In this document: piece after piece, positions 1 to 13,339 of the stretch
Layout of the letters: every line of letters starts with the position of its first letter
Numbering within the stretch: the first letter of the stretch is position 1
Assembly: GCF_006345805.1 (NCBI RefSeq)
Contig: NC_043017.1
Coordinates: 31,186,001-31,250,000 of the forward strand
From: Octopus sinensis
Taxonomy: Eukaryota
Direction of reading: 5' to 3'
Length of the DNA: 64,000 bases
Position numbers and translations under genes: made by a program
Notes under the pieces: generated by a model
What the model saw: the letters and a program-made list of their open reading frames with translations, nothing else
Databases searched by the model: none
Told to the model about the DNA's origin: nothing

Positions 1-270
1 TAAAGCCTTGTGAGTGGATTTGGTAGAGGAAAACGGAAAGAAGCCCGTCGTATATATGTATATATATATATGTATGTGTGTGTGTTTGTGTGTCTGTGTT
101 TGTCCCCCATCCTCGCTTGACAACCAATGGTGGTGTGTTTACGTCCCCGTAACTTAGCGGTTCGGCGAAAGACCGATAGAATAAGTACTAGGCTTACAAA
201 GAATAAGTCCTGGGCTGGATTTGCTCGACTAAAGGCGGTGCTCCAGCAAGGTCACAGTCACATCACTGAT
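1..270 (+). mobile_element. SINE family A, 3' part (5' end lies outside the window)
   Basis: Matches the body of the full copies (gccttgtgagtggatttggtag...TA/TG microsatellite...gcttgacaacc...taaaggcggtgctccagca). Confidence 0.85.
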
Positions 271-504
271 ACCGAACAATATCAACAACAGATGCATAAT
301 TAGAGAAGATGAAATGATGACGAAGCCTCTAGGGTTCTAATCATCCTGCTAAAAATAGCAGCCGAATTTCCATCAGATCATATTTACTATCTCACAAATA
401 ATAAATTGTTTTCTTTATTTCATTCTAGTATAATATCATTTTATTTAGGTATCTTACCATTTAAACATAGGCAGAATGATCAGCACTGCATTACTTTCGT
501 TTCT

Positions 505-762
<258 letters not shown>

Positions 763-1339
763 TCCCTGATTGAGGCTGAATGAGAACAATAAAACACAAC
801 AAATATTCAGAACAAATATTCAGAACGTGATAAACGTATGATTTTAAACAAGTTCTTGGTTATTGTCAAATTGCTGACTCATTGACAGGAGGAGAGAAAT
901 GACTGTTTCCTTGTCTTTATTGACTTACGTAATTGTATTTTCTCTCGAGAATAATATTGTTTTTGTTGCTAGTATTCCATTTTCAGCCAATATCGAATCA
1001 GATCAAGCAAACTAATAACAAAAGATTCGCAACTCTGATTATTTATATAATGCTTGTGTGCATCTCTATAATACATACTTGCATACATAATAATGGCTGC
1101 TTCCTCGTTATCGAATATGGCCATTGCACGAAGCTTAACTGTTACTGGTGCTGTGTTAGAACGTGACTTTTTAGCCCAGCTAAAGATCTACAATGTCTTG
1201 TACAAAATTAGCAACTAAAACCTTTACTGGTAATAGCCGGCTGTAGTTGTAACTGGGCTTCATGTACCTTTGCATGTCGTTTAAGTCCTCCTGCCGAATT
1301 ACACTCTCTTCTACATGCCCGACAGATATGATTAGTATG

Positions 1340-1530
1340 TTATGTTACACCACCACCAGTGGCCAGGTTGTCACTCATCTGTCTCGTTTTATGACTACGA
1401 AGATGACTCTTGAGTCCAGCTTTACTGAGGCAGGGTCTTGCACAGACATTGCATGTCAGCTTCAAAGGAAGACCCTTCTGGAAATTGAGAAAGTAAGGAG
1501 GGATGTCAGGAAGGGCATCGCTGTTACATG
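1340..1530 (-). pseudogene. C-terminal fragment of an RTE-type LINE ORF (C2H2 zinc finger)
   Basis: Translation CNVCARPCLSKAGLKSHLRSH matches the CxxCxRxCxSxxGLxSHxRxH tail typical of RTE-clade ORFs. Confidence 0.65.
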
Positions 1531-1650
1531 CATACATACATACATGAATACATACATACATACATACATGCACTCGCGCACGCACGCACACACGCACGCA
1601 CGCATACATTCATGCATACATACATACGCATATGTATGCATACATACATA

Positions 1651-1860
1651 CAGCAGACCTGATGTAATGATTTGGAATAGAGACGAGAAACTATGTAGAG
1701 AAGGAAATCAGCTGCCCAGAGGATGTTAGCATAATACTGAAGATCAGCGAAAAAGAGAATACCTACTCTGAACTCTTGAGAATTCTGCAATTATTCTGTC
1801 CAGATTACAAGTTCAGGTTTATACCTGTAATTATGGGATATGTAACTCAATATTTAGTAA
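1651..1860 (+). pseudogene. Restriction-like endonuclease fragment of a non-LTR retrotransposon
   Basis: With one frameshift reads SRPDVMIWNRDEKLC..EISCPEDVSIILKISEKENTYSELLRILQLFCPDYKFRFIPVIMGYVT, i.e. RPD...E...K..Y as in RLE domains. Confidence 0.7.
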
Positions 1861-2728
1861 CCATTAGTTTTCATTTTGGCTTCACCTTGCCGTACAGGAT
1901 CTCAAATCTATTGGCAGATTTAAAAAAGATATAGAAGTTAGCTTCTCAAATTAGTTGAAACGACCGTACGCACGAGATTCAATCTTACTGGAAAGATACA
2001 CACTATGTCACATATTGTTACGAAAGCTTTTATTATCGATGCCTTACAACCATAATACGCAATGCACATAGTCGCTTGTCTGATATATAGACGTATTGCA
2101 GCATGTTGCAATTATACCAATATCAGAGAAAGCCAACGTATAGATGGATGAAATCATAATCTTTTCTTGTTCGAATAATATGGAAGAATACAGGATTATT
2201 ACATTATTGTCCTCTGTAGTACATAACAGATAATATACCTTAGAGAATGTTATGTGCAGCGCTATGCTTCTACATTACTGTAGCTTTATCTTCAAATTCA
2301 ACCAACAATCTATCAAGTTAATGAAGGGGGTTAGTATGAACTTTCAATATACTAGAAATAGCAGTGAAATCATCCTCAAATGACAAGCTGCATCTTGAGA
2401 AGAGAAGGACGAATGGGAAATATTCAGATAAAAAACGGGATAAACATGACTAACAGAAATTTAATCATAGATCTACTAGATCAGAACAGACTGGCAATTT
2501 TGGTACTAATTAATAAAAAACAAAAGCAATAAAATAAATGGCATCAATGAAAATGGAAAGAAACAAAATTCATTAAAATTTAAGACGACCACGCAAAAAA
2601 GTCTTGTGTCTGCAAATTCGAGATAAATCAGTTTTTCACACGCACACTTGTGTATATACATATACACACAAAGACATACATAACATATGTAAATATATTT
2701 CCTATGTTTAGAGACATATGTATGTTTA

Positions 2729-2843
<115 letters not shown>

Positions 2844-3048
2844 TATATATGCATATATATTATTTATGTTACAAAATAAGAAAATGGAAGAATAGATTTC
2901 TTTCAATCATCAAGTACCAGATAATACCAATTCATATAATTTATTAACTAATTATTTAAGAACATCCAAATCCAACAGAATAATACAGAATAAAACAATA
3001 TACATCAATAAGTCAGAAAATACCATAAGAATAATACACATAAAATGG

Positions 3049-3178
3049 ATCTTACAGCTGTTTCAGCCTGTAGATAAGAGTATCCCATTATGCCCATATT
3101 AGTCATATGTACTGAGGTAATATGCAGTTAAAAATGAGTTACTTATATATATATATATATCAAGGCCTCGTCAGAGAT
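3049..3178 (-). ncRNA. Type I minimal hammerhead ribozyme motif (Penelope-like terminal repeat)
   Basis: Minus strand: ATCT-CTGACGA-GGCCT-[~93 nt]-AGGCT-GAAAC-AGCT-GTA-AGAT. Intact core, stems I/II, palindromic stem III and a GUA site. Confidence 0.7.
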
Positions 3179-3349
3179 TATAAAGTGCATTGGATAAATG
3201 ATATCCCATAATGGGTTACACTCATAACCCCTATCTCACTTTGTACTTTATTATTTATGTTATATATATGGGGGCTTCGTGTGTGTGTATGTGTGCGTCC
3301 GTGTGTGTGTGTTTATGTTTGTGTATGTGTGTGTGTATGTGTGTGTGAG

Positions 3350-3618
3350 TAAAAGGGTAAAGATCCCCTTCGACCATGCGACTGCACCCAGAAAGTTACC
3401 CTCCCAGGTAAGCTTGTTTATGGAAGATTAAAAGTGGCCCATGCGCACCAGCCGCCCCATTTTTATGCCACTGATGTTATCCAAAGGCCGATACAGCTTG
3501 GCACCAGTGACATCGCAACTCATTTCTACAGCTGAGTGAACTGGAGCAACATGAAATCGGGCTCTTTATCTTATGATTGTGACCCCGACGCTCTAACCAT
3601 TGAGCCATACGCCTTCAA
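3350..3618 (-). mobile_element. SINE family D head with a further (RTE-like) tail
   Basis: tRNA-like head gaaggcgtatggctcaatggttagagc, D body tttcatgttgctccagttcactcagctg, tail ending gaaggggatctttacccttt. Confidence 0.65.
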
Positions 3619-3833
3619 ATGTATATACACATATATATATATACATATATATTCACATATGTGTGTGCTTATATATATGTATGTGTGTGTGTGTGTGTGT
3701 GTGCGTGTGTGTGTATGAGAACGTGCTTATCTTTCTGTGAGTGTGATTTTGCATCTGTTAATAATGCGATAAAAGGCTATTCAGTTCGTAGAGATTGTTG
3801 ATTTAGACGGATCCAGTGACTCACACTCACACA

Positions 3834-3866
<33 letters not shown>

Positions 3867-4414
3867 TCGCACACGCAAATACACACAGATACACAAACAC
3901 ACGTGTACACATTGATGTCTGCTTGTATGTGCGTTCTGTGATCTGAGCAACTGTGAAGATAAGATGCTTTGACATCAAACAAATATCCCCTTAAATCTAA
4001 TTCCATTAGGTTACTAGTAATTCCGAAGCACAATCTTTATTTTTATTATTATATTAATATGAGACAGCAAATTTCAGTGATTATGAAATAACCACAGACA
4101 CAAACACGGGCATACATATCGTTACAAGATGTTTGTTCCTCTACCAATATACGTAATTGCAATTTCTTTTTAAACCATACACATACTCTTAAATTTATTT
4201 ATCATTATCCCGATAGAAATAGATACATAAATTGATAAATAGACAAACAACAGACAAACTGATTCCACTCCTTTGTTATTCTGGGAGACGTTCAAATATT
4301 TAGTCTTATATCTGCTTATAATTTGTTACCACATTTACATTTTTTATATTAGAAATATCGGGGCTTCCAAAACACTTTATTTGAGTTTTGTGCTGTTTAT
4401 CCAAATTGATTTCA

Positions 4415-4605
4415 AATTTTGGCATAAAGCAGGTAATTTCAGGAGAGGGTTAAGTCGATTGAAGAGACCCCCAGCGCTCAATTTATCCACTCTGGAAGGA
4501 TAAAAGGTAAGTCGACCTCAGCGAAATTTGAAATCAGAACGCAACGACTGATAAAATCCTGCTAAGCCACTTGGGTGGCGTGCTAACCACTCTGCCAGTT
4601 CGCAA
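4415..4605 (-). mobile_element. Decayed SINE family B monomer
   Basis: Diverged match to the B head and unit (aagtcgacctcagcgaaatttgaaatcagaac...gcgtgctaacc). Confidence 0.65.
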
Positions 4606-4637
4606 TCTCATTCAGCCTCTACATATTAATAAGACTT

Positions 4638-4758
4638 TTTCTACATTATTTACATTATTTACATTTCACGGATATTTGTCCTCATCTTGTTTGTTGATAA
4701 CACAACGTTCCCGCTGATATACCCTCCAGCCTTCATCAGGTGTCTTGGGGAAATTTTT
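4638..4758 (-). mobile_element. Short Penelope-like terminal-repeat relic with a degenerate hammerhead (4700-4743)
   Basis: Minus strand: ACAC-CTGATGA-AGGCTG-gagggtatat-CAGCG-GGAAC-GTT-GTGT; GAAA is mutated to GGAA. Confidence 0.55.
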
Positions 4759-5224
4759 CTGTGTCTAAAATAGGAACAATTTGTCTCCGAAAGGAAAAGT
4801 GAATATGTGCTTTTGGTTTCTAATTTTAATGCTTGATTTCACATACGCTAATAATGCATCATCTCCAAGAATTGTACAAGAAAATATTTTCATTGGGAAA
4901 ATCATGTTTTATTGAAGATGATTCCTTGAGTAATATTATCTTTTACTATTCCACAATATCCATCTGCACGATGTGACTTTCAGTGGAACTTTTGATGTTC
5001 ACAAAAGATTAGATGCTGGTCAAATGCGGCAAAAAAGCCATAGATCGGTTGTTACGCTCGTACTATTAATCCTTCTAACTTCAGTTTGAATGTTTGTACA
5101 CCCATCTTGATAAAGGTCATGCATTGCTCGAGTTACTGGACAATTTATGTAAAATATTAGGTGGACCAAATTTCAATATTGACAACATCACTGTGGACGA
5201 TTTATAGTATATTGGTAATATTGT

Positions 5225-5528
5225 GATCACCGTGATCGACCAGGCTATCAGATGTTGTTACACATCGCTGGTCACAATGCTTTTCGCATTGTTTTAGCCT
5301 TCAAATGACGCCACCCCACTGGCTAAGCGAGCAGGCCAACAGAAGAAAGAGTGAGAGAAATTTGTGGCGAAAGATTACAGCAGGGATCGCCACCACCCCC
5401 TGCCGGAGCCTCGTGGAGCTTTAGGCGTTTTCGCTCAATAAACACTCACAATGCCCGGTCTGGTAATCGAACCGCGATCCTACGACCACGAGTCCGCTGC
5501 ACTAACCACTGGGCCATTGCGCCTCCAC
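5225..5528 (-). mobile_element. SINE family C, tail type 2
   Basis: tRNA-like head gtggaggcgcaatggcccagtggttag; flanked by the 12-bp TSD tggtaatattgt (5213-5224, 5529-5540). Confidence 0.9.
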
Positions 5529-6756
5529 TGGTAATATTGTACTGGCGACTATTTTAATTCCATCTCTTTGAAGTGGTATTTTATAAGAAAAACAATTCCA
5601 CTTCGTGGCCTCGGAGCCATGAGCATTTGTCGAAGTCAATTGCATGTGACCCTCATCTTGAAGAACAGTTGGAATAGTTAATTAAAAAATTAGCCCTTAT
5701 TTAGCTAAAAGGAGGTGGAGCTGCAGCTTCCGTATTCATGTAGAGTAGATTTGTAATAGAAACTGTAGCGCCTGGCATACCATGTGCAGCTAGGATTGAC
5801 ATAAGCTGTCCTTGATGGATGGAGTCAAAAGCCATTTTTGTAGTGAATGAAGATTAGTACAGTTTTCAATTTCGTTGATTTGACATCTTCTAGAAGCTGG
5901 CGCAATGTGAATGTTTCTGAGACAGTTCATTTATTAGCTCTGAAGCCATTTTGATTTTTTATGAATTTTGGGTCCAGATATGTTCGTATTCTGATTTTTG
6001 GTGCAACTAGTGACGAAGTAATTCCTCTGCAATTTGCTGTATATTTCAGATCATCTTTCTTGGGTAGAGGCACTATTTCTCCAGGTTTTGATACATCTCT
6101 TTTTGGCAGACTACATGTAGCTCATCGTTCATGAATACTCACCACGATTCTGCTGGTAACTTTATTTTGAGTTGATTTGATTTCATTTATCAACACCAGC
6201 ATCATGAAATCACCAACATCAATAAGCAATTGGTCAATATTTCCTTCAAGTATCAAGAGAGATTGTCCAAGTAACTTAGCAAAATGCACCTTCCACGATT
6301 TTAATCTTTCCTCGGGGCTTTCAACTTTTATCTTACCCTGGTTTGTTTTTTTTTCCTCCAGTTGTTTTCTCTCCCCCTAAGCATGCAAGCTTAGCTATTC
6401 GATTCAAGTTGGCATTATGCAGTAGTTCTACTTACTTCTTAATGTAGCTTTCGTGTTCTTCGATATAAAGCATCAGTCAAATTCCTTTTAGCTTCAATTA
6501 GATGCTATTTGTTTCTTTCAGACAGATAAAGCATGTGTTTAGTATTGGCATTTTAAAAATCCTTTCCTTTTCCTTACAACTACTTGGTTTTCCCATGGAG
6601 CCTTCTTTGTTTTGCGCGGGTTCTAAGACTTTTAGAGTACCACAGCCTTTTTTTTATATAATTCAGTTATGCTCCAATATACTGTGTCGGCAGAGTTGTA
6701 TAGCGATTGATCTTGAAGAGATTCTTACTAAGTCTGTTACTAATATCAACAGCATA

Positions 6757-6920
6757 TAGGCGCAGGAGTGGTTGTGTGGTAAGTAGCTTGTTTACCAACC
6801 GCATGGTTCCGGGTTCAGTCCCACTGCGTGGCACCTTGGGCAAGTGTCTTCTACTATAGCCTTGGGCCGACCAAAGCCTTGTGAGTGGATTTGGTGGACG
6901 GAAACTGAAAGAAGCCCGTC

Positions 6921-7013
<93 letters not shown>

Positions 7014-7235
7014 TGTGTCTGTGTTTGTCCCCCTAGCATTGCTTGACAACCGATGCTGATGTGTTTATGTCCCCGTAACCTAGCGATTCGGCAAAAAGAG
7101 ACCGATAGAATAAATACTGGGCTACAAAAAGAATAAGTCCCGGGGTCGAGTTGCTCGATTAAAGGCGGTGTTCCAGCATGGCCGTAGTCAAATGACTGAA
7201 ACAAGTAAAAGAATAAAAGAGTAAAGAGAAAAGAG
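6757..7235 (+). mobile_element. SINE family A, full length
   Basis: tRNA-like head ggcgcaggagtggttgtgtggtaag...gggttcagtccc, internal (TA)n(TG)n, tail gactgaaacaagtaaaagaataaaagag. Confidence 0.9.
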
Positions 7236-7567
7236 AGCATAATTCTTCCTGTTGTTCTCATTTGAGTTTAATACAAAACCAGTCAAAAGGACGTTTATTT
7301 GTCTTCTTAGTTTTGTTACGTCTTAATGATAAACTGATCCCTGCCGTGATCAGACGAGGATCTGCATCTAGTGGCGAGAAAAAATTATAAGCTTTGCAGT
7401 CCATTACATAGTTTTCCATTTATTACTATTGAAATAGGATCAAGTTGACTTCTGCCACCATATAGATATTTCAATTTTCCAAACTTTCTTAGATTTGTCT
7501 TGTACTTCTCTTCCAAATCATTCAGATTACATTTATTTAAAAGATCCAACAATAATTTTCTATGTCT

Positions 7568-8140
7568 AAGGTGGCGAGCTGGCAGAAACGTTAGCACGCC
7601 GGGCGAAATGCTTAGCGGTATTCCGCCTGCCGTTACGTTCTGAGTTCAAATTCCGCCGAGGTCGACTTTGCCTTTCATCCTTTTGGGGTCGATAAATTAA
7701 GTACCAGTTACGCACTGGGGTCGATATAATCGACTTAATCCGTTTGTCTGTCCTTGTTTGTCCCTCTGTGTTTAGCCCCTTGTGGGTAGTAAAGAAATAG
7801 GTATTTCCTCTGTCTGAGTTCAAATTCCGTCGAGGTCGACTTTGCCTTTCATCCTTTCGGGGTCGATTAAGTAAGTACCAGGTACGCACTGGGGTCGATA
7901 TAATAGAGTTAATCCGCTCCTCTGTCCTTGTTTGTCCTCTCTGCGTTTAGCCCCTTGGGGATAGTAAAGAAATAGGTATTTCGTCTGTCTAGACGTTCTG
8001 AGTTCAAATTCAACCGAGGTCGACTTTGCCTTTCATCCTTTCGGGGTCGATAAATTAAGTACCATTTGCATACTGGGGTCGATCTAATCGACTGGCTCCC
8101 TTCACCTATAATTCTGGACCTTGATCCTAGAGTAGAAAGA
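7568..8140 (+). mobile_element. SINE family B multimer (head + 3 units)
   Basis: A-box head ggcgagctggcagaaacgttag; repeated unit gagttcaaattccgccgaggtcgactttgcctttcatcc; diverged ~17-bp TSD aataatt(t/c)tcta..tct. Confidence 0.9.
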
Positions 8141-8557
8141 ATAATTCTCTACTTCTGTCTGTTTTGTTATGAAAACAAAGGCCTTTTAGCTTGATTTTTA
8201 ATCCCCATTCTCCGCGTTAAAAGATCTTCCCACGAGACTAAGATCATGTTTGAGACTCCACGGATCAAACCCGAAATTTCATCATTAAAAAATTCAGCAA
8301 TCTCTAACTGTGTAATATCTTAGGACTATAACAACAAATAATGGCTACTTTTGGACTCCCATTGAAAGTTTTCGGCATTATTCTTGAAGTTGTAGAATTG
8401 ATACAGAGCAAAGATTTGTACTTTCAATTTCAAACCATACCTACTCCACCAGTATTTGAATTTTTTTGAACTTTCATAACTGAACACGACAAAAGTTTCC
8501 AGCCTTTTCCAAAACCATGATATTTAATTATATCATCAGAAATGTAATAACTATACC

Positions 8558-8895
8558 TATTTCTTTACTACCCACAAGGGGCTAAACACAGAGAGGACAA
8601 TCAAGGACAGACAAACGGATTAAGTCGATTATATCGACCCCAGTGCGTAACTAGTACTTAATTTATCGACCCCGAAAGGATGAAAGGCAAAGACGACCTC
8701 GGCGGAATTTGAACTCAGAACGTAGCGGCAGACGAAATACCCATTTCTATTTCTTTACTACCCACAAGGGGCTAATCAGAGAGAGGACAATCAAGGACAG
8801 ACTAACGGATTAAGTCGATTATATCGACTCCAGTGTGTAACTGGTACTTATTTAATCGACTCCGAAAGGATGAAAGGCAAAGTCGACCTCGGCGA
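8558..8895 (-). mobile_element. 5'-truncated SINE family B dimer
   Basis: Two units flanked by the perfect 20-bp TSD agaaatgtaataactatacc (8538-8557, 8896-8915). Confidence 0.9.
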
Positions 8896-9349
8896 AGAAA
8901 TGTAATAACTATACCCTGCATAGATAGGGTTGCCTTTTGCAAGGAAGAGTACGCGTTTAGCCACCCACTTCGAAGATAAGGCGAAAATACGTTAATCTTC
9001 CTAAACCTGCATATATCCTGTGTGTGTACAACTATTCAACTTTGCTGACATCGACAAAATGTTGTATTATCCGGAGGGACATTGTGACTACACAAATAAT
9101 CATCTGTTTTAACAATGAACTGGAATACAAGTTGTTGTTAGCACAGAACTACGGGTTTACAGGAGATTTTGCACCCCATGATCAAATTAGTAACTGAAAG
9201 CAAACCAGGACAAAACAACCACATAATTCAACAATCTGCATCAGTCGTCGCGTGGGTCAAGAAAGAGCGCATCTTCTGATGCAAAACCAGATCAACATCC
9301 CCAAACAGTTTACCGGATCACTACAGAGATGTTGCAGAAATCTAGTGAA

Positions 9350-9950
9350 GGTTCGTGGCTCAGTGGTTAGGGTATTCGTCTCACGATCGTAAACTCGTAT
9401 GTTCGATTCCAGGTGGCGCGTTTTGTCCTTGAGCCGAGAGCAGTTTTTGCGGCCTTAGAAACTTGATTAAAAGCAAAAAGAAGGAGGTGTCATAAATGCT
9501 TGTTTTTCTTGACACTACATTTTATTTATCTGAAAATAAACAAAAATTAACTAAAATTAATTAGAAAAAAAAACAAAAAACAAAGTAAATTCCAAAATTG
9601 AAAAACGGAGTAAATTCTAAATTAAAAAAAAAACAGTGGGAACTTAGTTGCCAACCCAATATATTTTTTACTTAACAAATTTCTTGAATGCATATAACTT
9701 CAGGTTTGTAAACCTCGCAGGGTGTTGTAAGTTTCCATATTCTCTTTATTTCACGTTTCTCTAGTTCACTCAGCTGGGAAAAATGAGTTGTGCCAATAAT
9801 TACAAGGAGCCAGCCAAGTCACATTCTGTATCAGGCTGAATCACGTTAAGAACTATGTTAAATATGCGCGTGTCTGTGGAGTGCTCAGCCACTTTCACGT
9901 TAATTTCACGAGCAAGCTGTTCCGTTGAACAGATCAACTGGAACACACAA
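9350..9950 (+). mobile_element. SINE family D (head 9350-9435, body and tail type 1 at 9745-9950) split by an insertion
   Basis: Head gtggctcagtggttagggtattcg...gttcgattcc...ccttgagc resumes at ctttatttcacgtt...cactcagctgg, then the tail gtgtctgtggagtgctcagccact. Confidence 0.7.
9436..9745 (-). mobile_element. Inverted copy of a mariner left end plus its flanking DNA
   Basis: Reverse complement of ~10049-10395, including the TIR aacttagttgccaacccaata. Confidence 0.8.
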
Positions 9951-10130
9951 GTTATAAAAGATGGAGCAACACAAATGAAAAATAAAATTGAAATGCCACC
10001 AATTCATAAATATAACTTCTTTCGACAACAGGTCTCTAAATAAAAATTGGAGAATAAACGAATTTACAGTACTCTGCGAGGTTTACAAACCTTAAGTTAT
10101 ATGCATTCAAGAAAACTGTTAAGTAAAAAA

Positions 10131-10711
10131 TATATTGGATTGGCAACTAAGTTCCCACCGTTTTTTAAGTTTTAGAATTTATTGTGTTTTTCAATTTTGG
10201 AATCTATTTTTTCCGGGAATAGTATTTTTTAATCATTTTGGAATCTACTTTGTTTTTTGCTTTTCTAGTTCATTTTAGTTAATTTTTGTTTATTTTCAGA
10301 TAATTAAAATGTAATGTCAAGAAAAACGAGCATTTCTGACATCTCCTTCTTTTTGCTTTGAATCAAGGTTCTAAGGCCGCAAAAGCTGCTCGCGACATTT
10401 AAGCTGTGTATGAAGAGGGTGCCAGAGCTGAAAGAACCGCTCGTGATTTGTACGCCAAGTTCAAAAATGTAAATTTCGGCCTCAAAATCGCACCTCGTTC
10501 TGGCCGTCCAACAGAATTAGATGAAGAGCGATTAAACCAAATTTGCACGAAAATTCTCGTCAAAGGTATTGGAAATCCTGTTGAACGTTGGGAAGAAGTT
10601 GCAAACAACAAGGGCGAATATATTATTGATTAATTAGTTGTTATTTTTCATTAAACCTTTAAAAAAAAATTAAATTTTAAAAAGCGGCGGTAACTTAGTT
10701 GCCAACCTTAT
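10131..10711 (+). mobile_element. Internally deleted mariner transposon
   Basis: TIRs tattggattggcaactaagtt / aacttagttgccaacctta. Transposase N-terminus (AERTARDLYAKFKN.NF.LK.APRSGRP.E.DEERL) is joined directly to the C-terminus (ERWEEVANNKGEYIID*). Confidence 0.9.
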
Positions 10712-11659
10712 CAAATCATTGAGAATGAGTAGACTTCGTGCAAACCTTACCCATGTATTGCTTATGTATTCAAAATGAGTTATTGAAGCACAAATGAAAT
10801 TTTAAGGCGTGAAAAATGTATTGTTATTGAAAATGGTATCATGTGTATATTTGAAATAATATTATAGGCTTATTATACTTTAAATTTAATTCATTAACGA
10901 AACCCTGAGGATGATAGTTCATCCGTGAAACATCAGGTAACATTCATAAATGTGCGTATATTTGTGTGTATATAATAAATATGTTTGGATTTCTGTACGT
11001 ATGTATGTTTGTATGTATGTATGTGTGCATGGACAGTTTAGATACATATAGATATGTAGGCAAAAGTTCATATATGTATCATGTATTTATTTCCAAATTT
11101 ATATATATTGTGTGTAGATATGAACGTACATGTGTGTGTGTCTGTGAGTGTGTGAATATGTGTTTGTGTTTGTGTGCGGGGCGTATATGTGTGATAGCAC
11201 TCGATTATGCATAGCAAAGGGAAATTAGCCTATTATACTGAGATTAAATTTCCGATGAAAAAATATCTCTCCAACTATCCTTAAATTTTGCGTAGATAAG
11301 TATTTTTTAAATCTAATCTATGAGTTTAAATCTGTACATCTAATAACTTAAAACACATAAATATAAAAGTAGAATGATCACTTTGAATGTTATGGACTCC
11401 TGTAGCAATTTTAACTGTACACATTTAAACGATAACAAGCCTCAGCACATACATTTTGTATATGAGTATACGTATGTGTGTGTGCATATATGACACACAC
11501 ACACATATATATAGTGTGTGTGTGCGTGTGTATAAACATACATATATGCATATGTATACATATATGTATATATATATGCACAGAATCACACACACACTCA
11601 TCTATCCACTCATACACACCCATAAACACATCCGTCGATTGAGAAAGAAGATCTAGTGC

Positions 11660-12400
<741 letters not shown>

Positions 12401-12679
12401 ATGCTATCGATTTAAAAAGTAAATCTAGTGCATTCTATGTGAAATGATTTTAGCTGGAGACTGCATTACTGTAAAGATAATTGAATGTGAGGAAAACACC
12501 TCTAAGGTGAAAAAAGAAATATATCCCCTTGAGTATTTAGATCTAAAAATATTACTTCAGCGTGTATATGATCACACCAATGGAAAAAAATGAACATAAA
12601 CGAAAGGTAACTTGCGTATGAAAGTAGGTGTATGTATGTATATATGTATATGATAGATCGTTAGCCACTACACACATAT

Positions 12680-12860
12680 TTTTCTCTCCTTGTTTCTCTC
12701 CTTGTTTCTCTTCTTGTTTATTCTGTGTCCCTTTCTGTAGAAGAGCGTAGGTTCGAAACGTAAAAGACTTTTTCTATTCCTGAGCGTTATACTAATCTGT
12801 TTGTTTTGTACACCACCTGTCTTCGTCTTTTGTTTTTCTTTGGTAAACTTCCCCAATACA
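12680..12860 (+). mobile_element. Penelope-like terminal-repeat relic with a hammerhead-like fold (12731-12766)
   Basis: CTTT-CTGTAGA-AGAGC-gtag-GTTC-GAAAC-GTA-AAAG; a related partial copy lies at ~14085-14170. Confidence 0.5.
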
Positions 12861-12889
12861 TATGTATATATGCATTTATGTATGTATGT

Positions 12890-13250
12890 CATTATTCAAT
12901 TTATTTCAAAATGTCTTGCCACTAGAGAAAGAACCGGTTTTTAACCTAGATTCATGCCTCCTTCATAGGAATTTCACCATCAACAACAGGGTATTTTTTA
13001 CGTATGAATGTATGTATGTATACGTGCAGATTTGCATGTCTTTTTTTTCCCAATGTATGTCTTCTCATGCACATACTGGCATATCTAGACATTGTCATTT
13101 ATGCTTAAATGATAAATTTCTGGAAGGTTTTACAGATTTTTACAGTTCCAATGATGGATGTGATCTGTAGTCTTCGAATTACCTTCTCCTTTCTGGTTTT
13201 AGGAAGCCTAATTCTTCAAGATTGATATTTAGCCAGTGTGTTACATATCC
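12890..13250 (-). pseudogene. 3' end of an RLE-type LINE (likely the same family as 1651-1860)
   Basis: Minus strand GYVTHWLNINLEELGFLKPERR..IRRLQITSIIGTVKICKTFQKFII*; shares gggatatgtaac with position 1835. Confidence 0.65.
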
Positions 13251-13339
13251 CATATGTGTGTATGTATGTATAGATGCATGTATGCATGCATGCATGCATG
13301 TATGTATATATGTATGCGTATATATGTGTATGTATGTGC

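Larger units (their letters stand above)
5700..9070 (-). pseudogene. Decayed RTE-type LINE (AP endonuclease + reverse transcriptase), interrupted by three SINE insertions
   Basis: APE motifs NTGGVG, SRIMPKTFNGSPKVAIICCYSP, GGRSQLD and SDH. RT motifs IVPLPKKDDL..NCRGIT, QNGFR, TLRQLLE and AFDSIH. Many stops and frameshifts. Confidence 0.8.

Noticed and set aside
7568-8140. SINE-B arrays as CRISPR arrays or hammerhead retrozymes
   Set aside because: Units are wholly repeated with no unique spacers, there are no cas genes, and neither strand has a CUGANGA/GAAA core.
10900-10940. ctgagga...gaaacatc as a hammerhead
   Set aside because: Stem II competes with the core and stems I and III pair poorly. 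It may be a decayed Penelope end, but this is not supportable.
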